A model generated the notes under the pieces. It was not told the origin of the DNA. It made no database searches and saw only the letters and a program-made list of their open reading frames with translations. A program made the position numbers and the translations under genes. Below are positions 8,392 through 18,700 of a stretch of DNA of 64,000 nucleotides, one piece after another. Numbering within the stretch: the first letter of the stretch is position 1; each line of letters starts with the position of its first letter. Source of the DNA: Candidatus Saelkia tenebricola (GTDB taxonomy: Bacteria; Omnitrophota; Gorgyraeia; Kaelpiales; Kaelpiaceae); contig JAVCDA010000002.1 in NCBI GenBank assembly GCA_030765145.1, positions 16,320 to 80,319 of the forward strand, written 5' to 3'.

Positions 8392-9440
8392 TTTAAATTC
8401 GATAGTTGAGTTGGATAGGTGTTTTCAATTATTTCAGGGATCATCTCTTTAATCGTCTTTAAAGTTATGTGTTTTGTATGTCCGATGGCAATCGCATAGC
8501 CTTGTTTTTGAGAAAGAGCTATAGCTTCTCTGATCCGAGTTTTTATGTAATCACTGTCGAGTTTGTTATCCAGAAAAACATCCCTTTCAAAACACACTAT
8601 TCCTATTTTTTCTGCACAGTCTTTGGCTACGGAATCAGAAATGACTTTGCTATCCAAATAGTAAAATCCTTTTTCATTTAATATTTTAAGAATCAAAGAC
8701 ATTTTTTCTTCATTTTTCGAAAGCAAAGACCCCATATGATTATTTACCCCTTTAATATTACTCAAATTAAGCAAGAAATTTGTCAATATTTTCTCCACCT
8801 CTTTATCACTCATGGTGTCTCTTATTGTAAACTTTTCTAGGTATTTTTCCATCTTTCTCGATTTTTGAGGTTGCATTGGAAGATGCAGCAATACTTCATG
8901 GCTGTAATCGTGGGCTATTTTGTTTATGGTTTTAGAATATCTTAATCCCGGGAGAATTGAGATATTTAAAGGGATATTAATTTCCTTCAGGTATGGAATT
9001 ACGGATTGAGAATATCCCCAGTCGTCTATTACAAGTACAAGATATCCTTTCGTTTTTATGTTTAGATTCAATTTGTAGACTAAGATGTTTTTAAAAAATA
9101 TTTCAAATGCAAAATGTTTTTCTTTGTTCTTAAGAGATTGTTTTTTTAATGCTAAGCTTTTTTTTCTCAAAAAATTATTTATGTTTTTGTGAAACTGCTG
9201 GATAGGAAAGTCCGGGCTTATGAAGTATTCTTTTTCAATGTAAGTATAGGTTTTGTTTTTGTATTGTCTTTGTTCCTGAATGTTGTTTGTTAGGTTTTTC
9301 TCCTCGATTCCAAAACAAGAAAATAGTTCTTCAAGGGAATCACCTGGTTTAGGGATTTCATTGGAATAATTTTTAAGCAGATAATTAAACAGCAAAAAAA
9401 CAAGAATAAGAGGAACAATAAATTTTAAGATTAATCTCAT
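8388..9440 (-). CDS. divergent polysaccharide deacetylase family protein (YibQ-like)
   Basis: GYLVLVIDDWGYS...NISILPGLRYS...HLPMQPQ matches the divergent polysaccharide deacetylase family; it has an N-terminal TM helix. Confidence 0.7.
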   Translation of the reverse strand: MRLILKFIVPLILVFLLFNYLLKNYSNEIPKPGDSLEELFSCFGIEEKNLTNNIQEQRQYKNKTYTYIEKEYFISPDFPIQQFHKNINNFLRKKSLALKKQSLKNKEKHFAFEIFFKNILVYKLNLNIKTKGYLVLVIDDWGYSQSVIPYLKEINIPLNISILPGLRYSKTINKIAHDYSHEVLLHLPMQPQKSRKMEKYLEKFTIRDTMSDKEVEKILTNFLLNLSNIKGVNNHMGSLLSKNEEKMSLILKILNEKGFYYLDSKVISDSVAKDCAEKIGIVCFERDVFLDNKLDSDYIKTRIREAIALSQKQGYAIAIGHTKHITLKTIKEMIPEIIENTYPTQLSNLK

Positions 9441-10723
9441 TGAGAATCTATAAGCATATTATTATACTGGATGAGCCCTTTCATAATATCTATTGCTTGT
9501 TCCAATTGAGAATCTATTATTTTTTTCTTTTTATTTTCTATAGGAAACGTTTCTTTCCCATCTTCTATTTCTTTAAATATTTTTTCTGCAGCAACTTCCT
9601 CAGGTACTTTTTTAACAAATTGTGTTTTATTTATTAAAATATCGGGTTGAATTCCTTTTTCATGAATCAAGCTTCCGTTAGGTGTATAATAATGGGCCGT
9701 TGTAAGTCTTAGAGCGGAACCGTCTTTAAGAGGTATTATCGTCTGAACAGATGCTTTTCCGAATGACGATTGACCTATTATGAGGGCTCTGTTGTTATCT
9801 TGAACAGCTCCGGCTAAAATCTCAGAACCGCTTGCACTACCTTTGTTTATCAAAACGATTAATGGTTTTTTAATAAAAATGCCACTTTTGGATTTAAATT
9901 CCATATCCTGAGTGGAGTTTCTCCCCTTTGTGTATACAATTAATTTGTCTTTAGGTAAAAATTCACTTGTAACCGCTACTGCGACATCAAGTAGACCACC
10001 GGGGTTATTTCTTAAATCCAGAACAAGTCCTTCTATTTTTTCTTGGATAAGACTATTTAAGGCTTTTCTAAAGTCAGGAAGTGTGTTTTCCTGGAATTCA
10101 AGTATCTTTATGTATCCAATATTCTCGGTTATTACCTGGGTATCTTTTACGCTTTCTATTTTTATAATGTCTCTCATTATTTTAAAATCAATAAGTCTTT
10201 GTTCTGATTCTCTTAAAACAGTGATAAAAACTTCTGTTTTTGGTTTTCCGCGAAGTTGTCCTACTGCTTCTAAAAGAGTGATGCCTTTTGTGGATTCCCC
10301 CTCGATTTTAACAATCCTGTCTCCTGCTTCCAGTCCGGCTTCATACCCTGGTGTTTCTTCCAAGGGTGATACAATAGTAAGAACGCCGTCTTTTATTGCT
10401 ATTACAATTCCGATTCCTCCGAATTCTCCTTCTGTTTCAACTTTAAGTTCTTTATACATGTCAGGAGGTAAAAACTGGCTGTAAGGATCTAATGATGCCA
10501 ACATTCCCCCTAGAGCACCGTAAATGATATCTTTGGCAATTTGATCCTCCACATATTCTTCCTGAATAAGATTTATTACATCTGAAAATATCTCCAAATT
10601 AGCATAAAGATCCTGATCCAAAGACTTAGAAGAGATTTGGGAATCCAGGTCCATAGAGTAGATGTTGTAACCTATAGTAACAAAAAACGTTATAAAAACC
10701 ATTAGCATAATAACTTTTTTCAT
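9437..10723 (-). CDS. ctpA: carboxyl-terminal processing protease (S41 family, PDZ domain)
   Basis: PDZ segment (GLEAGDRIVKIEG) and the S41 catalytic region (LINKGSASGSEILAGAVQDNNRALIIGQSSFGKASVQ); N-terminal signal anchor. Confidence 0.9.
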   Translation of the reverse strand: MKKVIMLMVFITFFVTIGYNIYSMDLDSQISSKSLDQDLYANLEIFSDVINLIQEEYVEDQIAKDIIYGALGGMLASLDPYSQFLPPDMYKELKVETEGEFGGIGIVIAIKDGVLTIVSPLEETPGYEAGLEAGDRIVKIEGESTKGITLLEAVGQLRGKPKTEVFITVLRESEQRLIDFKIMRDIIKIESVKDTQVITENIGYIKILEFQENTLPDFRKALNSLIQEKIEGLVLDLRNNPGGLLDVAVAVTSEFLPKDKLIVYTKGRNSTQDMEFKSKSGIFIKKPLIVLINKGSASGSEILAGAVQDNNRALIIGQSSFGKASVQTIIPLKDGSALRLTTAHYYTPNGSLIHEKGIQPDILINKTQFVKKVPEEVAAEKIFKEIEDGKETFPIENKKKKIIDSQLEQAIDIMKGLIQYNNMLIDSQ

Positions 10724-12162
10724 TTTCCTTCCTCCTTATTTAATTTCTCATTAAGTAGTTTATTTACCATAGCAGGATTAGCTGTTCCTTTAGTTAATCT
10801 CATAACTTGACCGACTAAAAATTTTAAAGCGCTATTTTTACCGTTTTTATAATCTGTTACGGCCTGAGAGTTTTCTTTACATGCTGTTTCTATTACATTT
10901 TTGATTTCAGATGTTTCATTCATTTGCTTAAGGTTTTTTTCTTCAATATATTTTTCGGGATCAATATCATAATTTAATAAATCGAATAATAATTCTTTTG
11001 CGGTTTTAATCGATATTAGTCCTTCTTTAACCAAGTTTAAAATTTTTCCGCAATTTTTAGGAGTAAGTTTGATATTAGATAATTTAATTTTTTTTTCATG
11101 AGCTACACCGACCATATCACTAGTAAGGAAATTGCAAACAGCTTTTGGATTAATATGAAACTTTAACGTTTCTTCGAAATAGCTGGCAATAAATTTATCT
11201 CGTACTAGGAGATCTGCATCATATTCGCTAAGAAAATAATCTTTCTTGAATCGTTCTCTTTTAGCCATGGGTAATTCAGGAAGCTCATCCTTAAATTTAT
11301 TCCGCATCTTATTTGAAATTTCATATGTTAGGAGATCTGGATCTGGAAAATAACGGTAATCATGAATATCTTCTTTGCTTCTCATAGATGTTGTCTTTTG
11401 CTTAAGAGGGTCCCAGAGCCGTGTTTGATGAGTTACTTTTTCACCTTCCTCAAGAAGTATCGTCTGTCTTTGAATTTCATATTCCAGAGCTTGCCTGATT
11501 CCTTTGAATGTATTCATGTTCTTAAGCTCTATTTTTGTGCCTAACTTCTTATCCCCTGCCTTGCGTAGAGATATATTAGCATCACACCTTAAACTGCCTT
11601 CTTCCATATTACAATCAGCAATTTCTAGATATAAAATCGTTATTTTTAATTCTTGCAGAAAATCATATGCTTCATCAGGTGAGTATATATCAGGTTCGGT
11701 TACAATTTCAATAAGAGGAATACCTGTTCTGTTAAGATCAACAAAACTAATTTTTCCGTTTTGGTCATGAATAAGTTTGCCTGCGTCTTCCTCCATATGA
11801 ACTCTATTGATTTTTACCGGATTAGAACTACGGTTTTTAATTTTTAAAAAACCATTACGACCTACGGGTGTCCCATACTGAGAGATTTGATAGTTTTTCG
11901 GCAAATCCGGGTAATAGTAATTCTTTCTATCAAATGTAATAGATTCAGATACTTGACAGTTTAAAGCTAGAGAAGATTTAATGGCATAATGAAAAGCTTT
12001 TTTATTAAGTACCGGTAGCACTCCCGGTAGTCCCAAACAGATAGGACAGGTTAGTGAGTTGGGTGAATTCCCGAATTTTGTAGAGCAAGAACAGAAAATT
12101 TTACTCTCTGTTGAGAGGTGAATGTGGATTTCTAATCCTATTACCGGTTCAAATTTATTCAT
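10720..12162 (-). CDS. gatB: Asp-tRNA(Asn)/Glu-tRNA(Gln) amidotransferase subunit B
   Basis: MNKFEPVIGLEIHIHLSTESKIFCSCST is the canonical GatB N-terminus; the length fits and a C-terminal YqeY-like domain is present. Confidence 0.95.
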   Translation of the reverse strand: MNKFEPVIGLEIHIHLSTESKIFCSCSTKFGNSPNSLTCPICLGLPGVLPVLNKKAFHYAIKSSLALNCQVSESITFDRKNYYYPDLPKNYQISQYGTPVGRNGFLKIKNRSSNPVKINRVHMEEDAGKLIHDQNGKISFVDLNRTGIPLIEIVTEPDIYSPDEAYDFLQELKITILYLEIADCNMEEGSLRCDANISLRKAGDKKLGTKIELKNMNTFKGIRQALEYEIQRQTILLEEGEKVTHQTRLWDPLKQKTTSMRSKEDIHDYRYFPDPDLLTYEISNKMRNKFKDELPELPMAKRERFKKDYFLSEYDADLLVRDKFIASYFEETLKFHINPKAVCNFLTSDMVGVAHEKKIKLSNIKLTPKNCGKILNLVKEGLISIKTAKELLFDLLNYDIDPEKYIEEKNLKQMNETSEIKNVIETACKENSQAVTDYKNGKNSALKFLVGQVMRLTKGTANPAMVNKLLNEKLNKEEGK

Positions 12163-13604
12163 TTTTGTAATTTTTCTATTAGATAAGCAGTATTTAACAT
12201 TTTCTGTTCTTGGAAAAAATCAGCCATTATTTGAATACCTATAGGTAAATTATTTTGCGTTGTGCCAGCAGATACTGAAATTGCCGGTATCCCTGCCAAA
12301 TTTGCAGGTATGGTGAAAATGTCGGATAAATACATTTGAAGCGGGTCGGTTTTCTCTCCTATTCTAAATGCTGCAGCAGGAGTTGTGGGAGAAATTATGC
12401 AATCGTATTTTTTGAAAGCTTCTTGAAAGTCGTTTTTAATAAGGGTTCTAACTTTTGCAGCACGCAGGTAATAAGCTTCATAATATCCGCTGGATAATGA
12501 ATATGTCCCAAGAAGCATCCTTCTTTTTGCCTCTGCTCCAAAGCCGGCTGATCGTGTTGCCAGATACATTCTTATCATGGGATTCTTCACGTTTTTAAGG
12601 AGCTGATTGTCCGCTACCCTTAGCCCATATTGAACACCGTCATAGCGGGCTAAATTTGAGCTTGCTTCAGATGGGGCTATAATGTAATAACAGCTTATTG
12701 CATATTCTGTATGAGGAAGGTTCATTCTTTCTACTTTTGCACCTTCTTTTTTAAGTTGCCCTAAAATGAATTCTATTCTTTCTTTAATTTTGGAATCTAT
12801 TCCTTCAGAAAAATATTCTTCAGGTACGCCGATTTTAATGCCTTTTATTTCATGAGTAAGTTTTTTACTAAATTCAGGTACAGTTTCTTCTGAAGAAGTA
12901 GAATCTTTAGGATCAAATCCGGAAAGAACTTCTAACAGTAACGCTGCATCTTTTACATCGCGTGTTAAAGGTCCTATTTGGTCTAAACTGGATGCAAATG
13001 CAATTAATCCATATCTTGACACTCTGCCATATGTTGGTTTTAGACCTACTACATTGCATAACGAAGCAGGTTGCCTGATAGAACCTCCTGTATCGGACCC
13101 CAATGCCCAAAGTGCTTCTTCACTTCCTACTGCCGCTGCAGAGCCACCGGATGAGCCTCCGGGAACGCGAGTTGCATCATAAGGGTTTTTAGTCACTCCG
13201 TAACATGATGTTTCACATGATGATCCGAATGCAAATTCATCCATATTGGTTTTGCCAAGTAGAATAGCACCGTTTTTTTCCAACAGTTCGATTACAGTTG
13301 CATCATAAGGCGGCTTAAAACCAGATAGTATATTAGAACTGCAGGTAGTAGGCTCATCTTTTACGCATATATTGTCCTTAATAGCAATCGGAAGCCCTGC
13401 GAGTTTTAAATTGAGATTACCTTTCTTATCCAGCTCTGTTGCTTTTTTAAGAGTTTTTTCGGGGTCTATAAAGACATAAGCATTAATATTTTTATCTGTT
13501 ACAGTTATTTTATCGAGATAAGCTTTTGTTGTTTCTTTTGCCGTAATTTTTCCTGATGAAATTAAATCCCGTAATTGAAAGGCAGTTAATCTTGTAAGGT
13601 CCAT
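12159..13604 (-). CDS. gatA: Glu-tRNA(Gln) amidotransferase subunit A
   Basis: Amidase signature GGSSGGSAAAV with the catalytic Ser-cisSer-Lys context; 481 aa. Confidence 0.95.
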   Translation of the reverse strand: MDLTRLTAFQLRDLISSGKITAKETTKAYLDKITVTDKNINAYVFIDPEKTLKKATELDKKGNLNLKLAGLPIAIKDNICVKDEPTTCSSNILSGFKPPYDATVIELLEKNGAILLGKTNMDEFAFGSSCETSCYGVTKNPYDATRVPGGSSGGSAAAVGSEEALWALGSDTGGSIRQPASLCNVVGLKPTYGRVSRYGLIAFASSLDQIGPLTRDVKDAALLLEVLSGFDPKDSTSSEETVPEFSKKLTHEIKGIKIGVPEEYFSEGIDSKIKERIEFILGQLKKEGAKVERMNLPHTEYAISCYYIIAPSEASSNLARYDGVQYGLRVADNQLLKNVKNPMIRMYLATRSAGFGAEAKRRMLLGTYSLSSGYYEAYYLRAAKVRTLIKNDFQEAFKKYDCIISPTTPAAAFRIGEKTDPLQMYLSDIFTIPANLAGIPAISVSAGTTQNNLPIGIQIMADFFQEQKMLNTAYLIEKLQK

Positions 13605-13606
13605 TT

Positions 13607-13891
13607 TTAATATACCTTTGGTACTACGAAGAAGTTGTCTTGTTTATCAGGTGCGTTTTTTAACGCTTCTTCAGATGTTAAAGAAGGTCTCACTGTATCA
13701 ACACGCAAAACATTTTTTAAGTTCAAAACATTGAAAGTAGGAGCGATATTTGTAATATCTATCTTCTTAAGTTTCTCTATATATTCCAGAATTTTATTAA
13801 GTTGTGAAGAATAAAGTTCAAGCTCATCATCGCTTAGATGTAAGCGTGCAAGATGTCCAGTATGAGATACTATTTCCTTGGAAATTTGCAT
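13607..13891 (-). CDS. gatC: Glu-tRNA(Gln) amidotransferase subunit C
   Basis: A 94-aa protein directly upstream of and coupled to gatA, with GatC-like sequence (LARLHLSDDELELYSSQLNKILEYIEKL). Confidence 0.85.
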   Translation of the reverse strand: MQISKEIVSHTGHLARLHLSDDELELYSSQLNKILEYIEKLKKIDITNIAPTFNVLNLKNVLRVDTVRPSLTSEEALKNAPDKQDNFFVVPKVY

Positions 13892-14328
13892 AGCAACTGT
13901 ATATCACAGGGGGGTAAAAAAATCAAGAATAGTATTTTGAAATGCAAAACTGTTAGTCTTCAGAAGGTAAATATGCCGGAGAAAAGATATCAAAAATAAC
14001 TTTTTGTAGAATTAGTAAAATTAGGTGAAGAAGTAATATGGAATATGAGTTTTATATCATTTTCTATCAGTAACTTGGGTATCTTATTTAAGTAATTCAT
14101 TATTTGATCCGAAGGAATTCTATAGCGAGGGAATAATTTGTTTGAAAAATAATCTAAATCAATATTTATAATAACAATTTTACCCCTGTATTTATTTTGC
14201 TTTATCCATTTAGTACTGAAGGATTTGTAGACAAAACAATGTTGTTTAGAGAGCTATATTATTTTATCTCGTTATTTGTAAAAACGGCTAATATATGGCA
14301 TACTATTAACAAATAGGGGGATGGTTTA

Positions 14329-15171
14329 GTGAAAATAAGACAAAGTACTGTTATTCTTATATTCTCTATGTTTCTTTGTAATGTTCTTTTGCCTATATCT
14401 TCAGTGTGGGCCCGGAGAATAAGAGAAGATAAAATTGTTTTTTCTGCAGAAATTATTGAAAGAAACGTTACAGAGTGGGAAAACTGCGGTTTGCCTTTTG
14501 CTGTTATTTCAGAGGTTGACGGGCAGACACTTAAACAGCCTATAACAATTGTAAAAAAACCAACTTTAATGACTACATTTTATCGTCATTTGGCATGTAA
14601 ATTATTAGGAGAATATTTCCTTAGTCTAGGAGTGTATGAAAATGAACATATACCGTCTTTGATAACATGGGGAGATGGATGTTACTATTATCTTTATTCG
14701 GAAGGATTAAGTCATTATCCTCTGGAAGTACGCGGCAAGGAGATTCAACTGGCAGAGTGGGATGAATTTAACACAGTTTTTAGAGAAGCAGGGTTTTTTA
14801 CCGATAAGGATATTACTAAGGGAGAAAGAGCCGAGCTTTCTAATAATATTATTCTTAATCATTCGTTAGAAGAAGCTGTGTTATCAGATGTTGGAGAGCT
14901 TAGCTCCTGGAAAAGAATTGATTTTGAATTTTCCAGTTTTTCTTCACCTTTAAAGGGAGCTTTTATACATAACGAGCTATGGGATGATTTTTTAGTAACC
15001 CATAGCGAGGGGTTACAACAGCAATTGGGGCGGGAAAAATTTAAGCTTCTAAATATTTGTGTTACAGCTCTTAAAAATTTAGGTAAACTTTCTGAATCTC
15101 AGGAACAGATATTCAAAACCCTGTTTTTTCAATATCAAGGGGAATTACTTAGGGAATATCTTCCGGACTAA
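14329..15171 (+). CDS. hypothetical secreted protein (GTG start, strong SD)
   Basis: One of only two plus-strand genes in the window (the other is 54020..54433). It has a GTG start, and AGGGGGA ends about 9 nt upstream of the GTG. Signal peptide MKIRQSTVILIFSMFLCNVLLPISSVWA; no family recognised. Confidence 0.5.
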   Translation: MKIRQSTVILIFSMFLCNVLLPISSVWARRIREDKIVFSAEIIERNVTEWENCGLPFAVISEVDGQTLKQPITIVKKPTLMTTFYRHLACKLLGEYFLSLGVYENEHIPSLITWGDGCYYYLYSEGLSHYPLEVRGKEIQLAEWDEFNTVFREAGFFTDKDITKGERAELSNNIILNHSLEEAVLSDVGELSSWKRIDFEFSSFSSPLKGAFIHNELWDDFLVTHSEGLQQQLGREKFKLLNICVTALKNLGKLSESQEQIFKTLFFQYQGELLREYLPD

Positions 15172-15320
15172 TTTAATAATATTCTGTTTTATTTCTCCTG
15201 AGTAACAGTCAGTTACAAAATTTATCCAATACAGGGAGAAATAAGTTAATAGGTATTGCTTATACTTTCTTGCCCCCCCAATCTAAAGATGGTATTTTTA
15301 CAAAAAGACAGAGTTGATAT

Positions 15321-16112
15321 TTAATGCAGGATATTGTTATGTATTTTAAGTTCTTTTTGAACTTGTTCGATTCTTTCGTCTAGAAAGGGATGTGTTTTTA
15401 GATAATACCTTCTAATCGGTGAATCAAATTGAAATTTTTGTATTTTCTCTAATAGGGATATCATTCCTTGGGGGTTGAAACCGGCTTTTTGAAGATATTT
15501 TAAAGCTAATTTATCTGCCTCGAATTCTCTTTCTTTACTGTAAGCAAGAAGCAGCAATATCATGGCAACTTGACTGTTTTTAGCAGTACGCATATCAGGT
15601 GAACTTGTACCTACTATTATAAGTAAAGCCTGAGTGCCTATTGCTTCCTGAAGTTTAAGGATGTTGTGCCTTAAAACGATATGAGATAGTTCATGGGCTA
15701 GTACAGCAGCTATTTCATCCTTCCCTTCCAGCATATCCATAAGGGTTTTATTGATATAAATATAGCCTCCCGGCAATGCAAAAGCATTTGGGCCTTTATC
15801 AGAAGAGTCTTCATTGTGATTATTTTTTTCTTCGTCTATTATATCAAAGTAATATACCAGTCCTTTTCTGTCACAGTGTTCGACGAGTTTATAACCCACT
15901 TCATTAACAACGTCTCTTAAACGGGGATCTTTTGTTATTTCAAATTCTTCTTCAACCTGCAGGGAAATTTTTTTACCCAATTTTACTTCTTTTTCTTCGG
16001 ATATAAATGTCATGTTTTCTTTTCCGGTTAAGATGTTATAGTCAATAGATGCACATCCAAAAAAGAGAGTTATTAATAGTAATTTAGGTAAGAAGAATAT
16101 TTTATTTACCAT
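15321..16112 (-). CDS. M48-family Zn metallopeptidase, lipoprotein
   Basis: HEXXH motif in LAHELSHIVLRH with a downstream E, and a lipobox (LFFGCAS). Confidence 0.8.
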   Translation of the reverse strand: MVNKIFFLPKLLLITLFFGCASIDYNILTGKENMTFISEEKEVKLGKKISLQVEEEFEITKDPRLRDVVNEVGYKLVEHCDRKGLVYYFDIIDEEKNNHNEDSSDKGPNAFALPGGYIYINKTLMDMLEGKDEIAAVLAHELSHIVLRHNILKLQEAIGTQALLIIVGTSSPDMRTAKNSQVAMILLLLAYSKEREFEADKLALKYLQKAGFNPQGMISLLEKIQKFQFDSPIRRYYLKTHPFLDERIEQVQKELKIHNNILH

Positions 16113-16266
16113 TTGTTTTTTTAAGCGTTGCGAGTATTTTATCCAAAGTAATAGAAATGTTTTCTAAAAGTTCTGTTTGCTTTTTCCAAATATCTTCCTG
16201 TTCTTTTTGGGATTTTTTTGCTTCTTGAGCCAATTTCATCATATTGCCAATTTCGCCTATATTCAT
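16104..16266 (-). CDS. unannotated small ORF (54 codons), predicted helical protein
   Basis: Own translation: MNIGEIGNMMKLAQEAKKSQKEQEDIWKKQTELLENISITLDKILATLKKTNGK. It fills the gap between two minus-strand genes and overlaps the M48 start by 9 nt. There is no homology evidence. Confidence 0.2.
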
Positions 16267-16285
16267 TATATTCTCCTTATTAACC

Positions 16286-16648
16286 TTATTGCAACTGATA
16301 CCGGGAAGAGTCCCTTAATTGCAAATATTGATTGTTAAAATCGATTATTTTAAGCGTGGCATCCTTTACTTTGATTATATCAGGATTGGGAAATTTTAGG
16401 ATTATCGGAACATTGTTTTCTACATAAGTTAACAATAATACTTTCATCTCATCTGAATATTCATATCCGGAGTAATAGAGATTCTCTCCCATTTGAGATA
16501 ATATTTTTTCTCCGGCACTAAAAGTATAAGTCTTGGGTTCTGATACTGCATTTAACATGCCTCCTAAAATATTGTCTAAATCTGATCCAAAACCTGTTTT
16601 TATACCTATGAGCAAAATGATAGCCGTTATGACTGTTATGTATTTCAT
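16286..16648 (-). CDS. small hypothetical secreted protein
   Basis: Signal peptide MKYITVITAIILLIGIKTGFG; no family recognised. Confidence 0.45.
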   Translation of the reverse strand: MKYITVITAIILLIGIKTGFGSDLDNILGGMLNAVSEPKTYTFSAGEKILSQMGENLYYSGYEYSDEMKVLLLTYVENNVPIILKFPNPDIIKVKDATLKIIDFNNQYLQLRDSSRYQLQ

Positions 16649-16668
16649 TTAAATCTCCTGTTTTGAAT

Positions 16669-17865
16669 TTAAATAAGATCTGTTAGTTTATAACTGTTAA
16701 GAGCATCGTTATTGGTTATTTTTTCTATTATTTGAGATAAATGCTGGTTATTGTTTTCCTCTGGTGTATTAATGAAGATAATTTCACTCAAAGCTATATT
16801 GTCGGGGTTTTTAAGAAAGTAAATTTCATCTTCTTTTACAATCAAAATATTATGCTCTTTAAGGTAATTGATAATTTTAATAATCTTAGTATCGTGTATA
16901 TTTAAATTCCCGCTGATTTTTTTATGATTTAAAGGAAATTCTCCGTCTTGAAATTTTTTTACCATAAACTTCAGTGTTTTAAGTATATCGTTTAATTCTA
17001 ATAGCGAAGATTCATTATCACGTTGTATATTTTTTAAATTTCTGCGGTTTTGGAATACGAATCCAAGTTCTGCTCCAAGAAGAATAACTATCCAGCTAAA
17101 ATAAATCCAGACCATAAATATGGGTAAAGTTGCAAAAGTTCCGTAAATGGCATTGTACCTTGTGATACCGATTTGAAATTTCAAATACCCCCACTGAAAT
17201 ATCTGCCAGATTGTTCCAGCAATAATACCTGAAATAAGTCCTGTTGTTAAGTTTACTTTTTTATTTGGCATGAACATATAAAATATGCTGAGTGCAAGCC
17301 AGATACTGATAAAAGGAAGGAATTTTATTATAGAAAAATATACATTGTTGATGAAAGAAAATTTAAGCAGATTTTGTACCAGTATATTTGATGAAATGGT
17401 TGCGGTGAAAGTAAAGGTTAGAAATACAAAAATCGGACAAAGGATAACTACTGTTAAATAATCAGATATTTTTCTTGTGATTCTTCTGGGGGCATTTACT
17501 TCCCAAATAGAATTAAATACTGTTTCAATCGAGCCTAATAATCTTATTACGGTGAGGAAAAGAAATATTATTCCTGTTGTACCTAAAGTTGTAAGGTTTG
17601 TGTTTTTAATATATTTTATTATGTTTAAAAACAGGTCTTGTTTTCCTAAAGCCAGTTTCTCAAGAACGATATTTTGTAAAAAATTCTGAATACCTAGGCC
17701 TTTGGATATTGCAAACAAAAGAGCTAAAAACGGTATTAATGTCAAAAGGGTGATAAAAGTAAGTGCTGCAGCATGAAGATTGCATTTATCTTTCGTAAAA
17801 TTATTTACTATGCATTTTATAAAAAACCCTGGTTTCCTGAATACCCTTCCTAATTTATTGGCCAT
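16669..17865 (-). CDS. YihY/BrkB family inner-membrane protein with C-terminal winged-helix-like extension
   Basis: N-terminus ...CNLHAAALTFITLLTLIPFLALLFAI and six TM helices typical of YihY/virulence factor BrkB; plus an extra ~110-aa soluble C-terminal domain. Confidence 0.75.
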   Translation of the reverse strand: MANKLGRVFRKPGFFIKCIVNNFTKDKCNLHAAALTFITLLTLIPFLALLFAISKGLGIQNFLQNIVLEKLALGKQDLFLNIIKYIKNTNLTTLGTTGIIFLFLTVIRLLGSIETVFNSIWEVNAPRRITRKISDYLTVVILCPIFVFLTFTFTATISSNILVQNLLKFSFINNVYFSIIKFLPFISIWLALSIFYMFMPNKKVNLTTGLISGIIAGTIWQIFQWGYLKFQIGITRYNAIYGTFATLPIFMVWIYFSWIVILLGAELGFVFQNRRNLKNIQRDNESSLLELNDILKTLKFMVKKFQDGEFPLNHKKISGNLNIHDTKIIKIINYLKEHNILIVKEDEIYFLKNPDNIALSEIIFINTPEENNNQHLSQIIEKITNNDALNSYKLTDLI

Positions 17866-18700
17866 TATTGTTTTCCTTTAGTTTTTCTTTTAACGATTGC
17901 AAAGTATCTTCTTTCATTTTAAACGAATGTTCTTCAGCAGGGAATTTATCCTTATGAACATCATCTTTGAATTTATTCAGAGCATCTTCTATTTGAGAGT
18001 TTAAATTCAAGTATTGTTTAATAAACTTAGGTTTGAAACAGCTGACGAGTCCCAGTATGTCAGGGGTTACCAAAACCTGTCCATCACAAGAGCTCCCTGC
18101 TCCTATTCCGATTACAGGTATAGTGAGTTTTTGAGCTATAATCTTTGTTAGCTGGTGTGGAACACATTCAAGTATTATGGCAAAACAACCGATTTCCTCT
18201 AAAAGGATACTGTCTTTATAAATTGTCTCAGCAGAAGATAAATCTCTACCCTGGACTTTAAGCCCACCTAAAATTGTAGCTGTCTGGGGAGTTAGCCCCG
18301 CATGGCCCAATACAGGTATACCTGCTTTTAATATGGCTTTTATCTGTTCTTTATGAGCTCCTTCTACTTTTACAGCATCACAACCAGCTTCCTTAATAAA
18401 TCTGCCAGCATTTCTTACGGCATCTTCAGTAGATATTTGATAGGATAAAAAAGGCATATCACCTATCAGAAACGTATCCGGTGCTCCTCTCCTTACAGCT
18501 TTAGAATGGTGTATCATCTCATTCATTGTTACGGGAATGGTTGATTCATAACCTAAAACCGTAGTTCCCAGGGAGTCTCCTACCAATAAAATATCAATGC
18601 CTGCTTTCTCTACAATTTGTGCTATGGGATAATCATAGGCAGTAAGCATTGTGATTTTTTCTTTCTTACTCTTTATCTCTGGAATTGTTAGCTTAGCCAT
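17855..18700 (-). CDS. panB: 3-methyl-2-oxobutanoate hydroxymethyltransferase
   Basis: ITMLTAYDYPIAQIVEKAGIDILLVGDSLGTTVLGYESTIPVTMNEMIHH is near-canonical PanB. Confidence 0.9.
   Translation of the reverse strand: MAKLTIPEIKSKKEKITMLTAYDYPIAQIVEKAGIDILLVGDSLGTTVLGYESTIPVTMNEMIHHSKAVRRGAPDTFLIGDMPFLSYQISTEDAVRNAGRFIKEAGCDAVKVEGAHKEQIKAILKAGIPVLGHAGLTPQTATILGGLKVQGRDLSSAETIYKDSILLEEIGCFAIILECVPHQLTKIIAQKLTIPVIGIGAGSSCDGQVLVTPDILGLVSCFKPKFIKQYLNLNSQIEDALNKFKDDVHKDKFPAEEHSFKMKEDTLQSLKEKLKENNNGQ

Noticed and set aside
15172-15320. Possible terminator hairpin between the convergent genes 14329..15171 and 15321..16112 (TTATTTCTCCTG ... CAGGGAGAAATAA arms at 15189..15200 and 15232..15244)
   Set aside because: The stem is imperfect (one bulge) and encloses a 31-nt loop, and no U-tract follows on either strand. 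The structure is too weak to call an intrinsic terminator.
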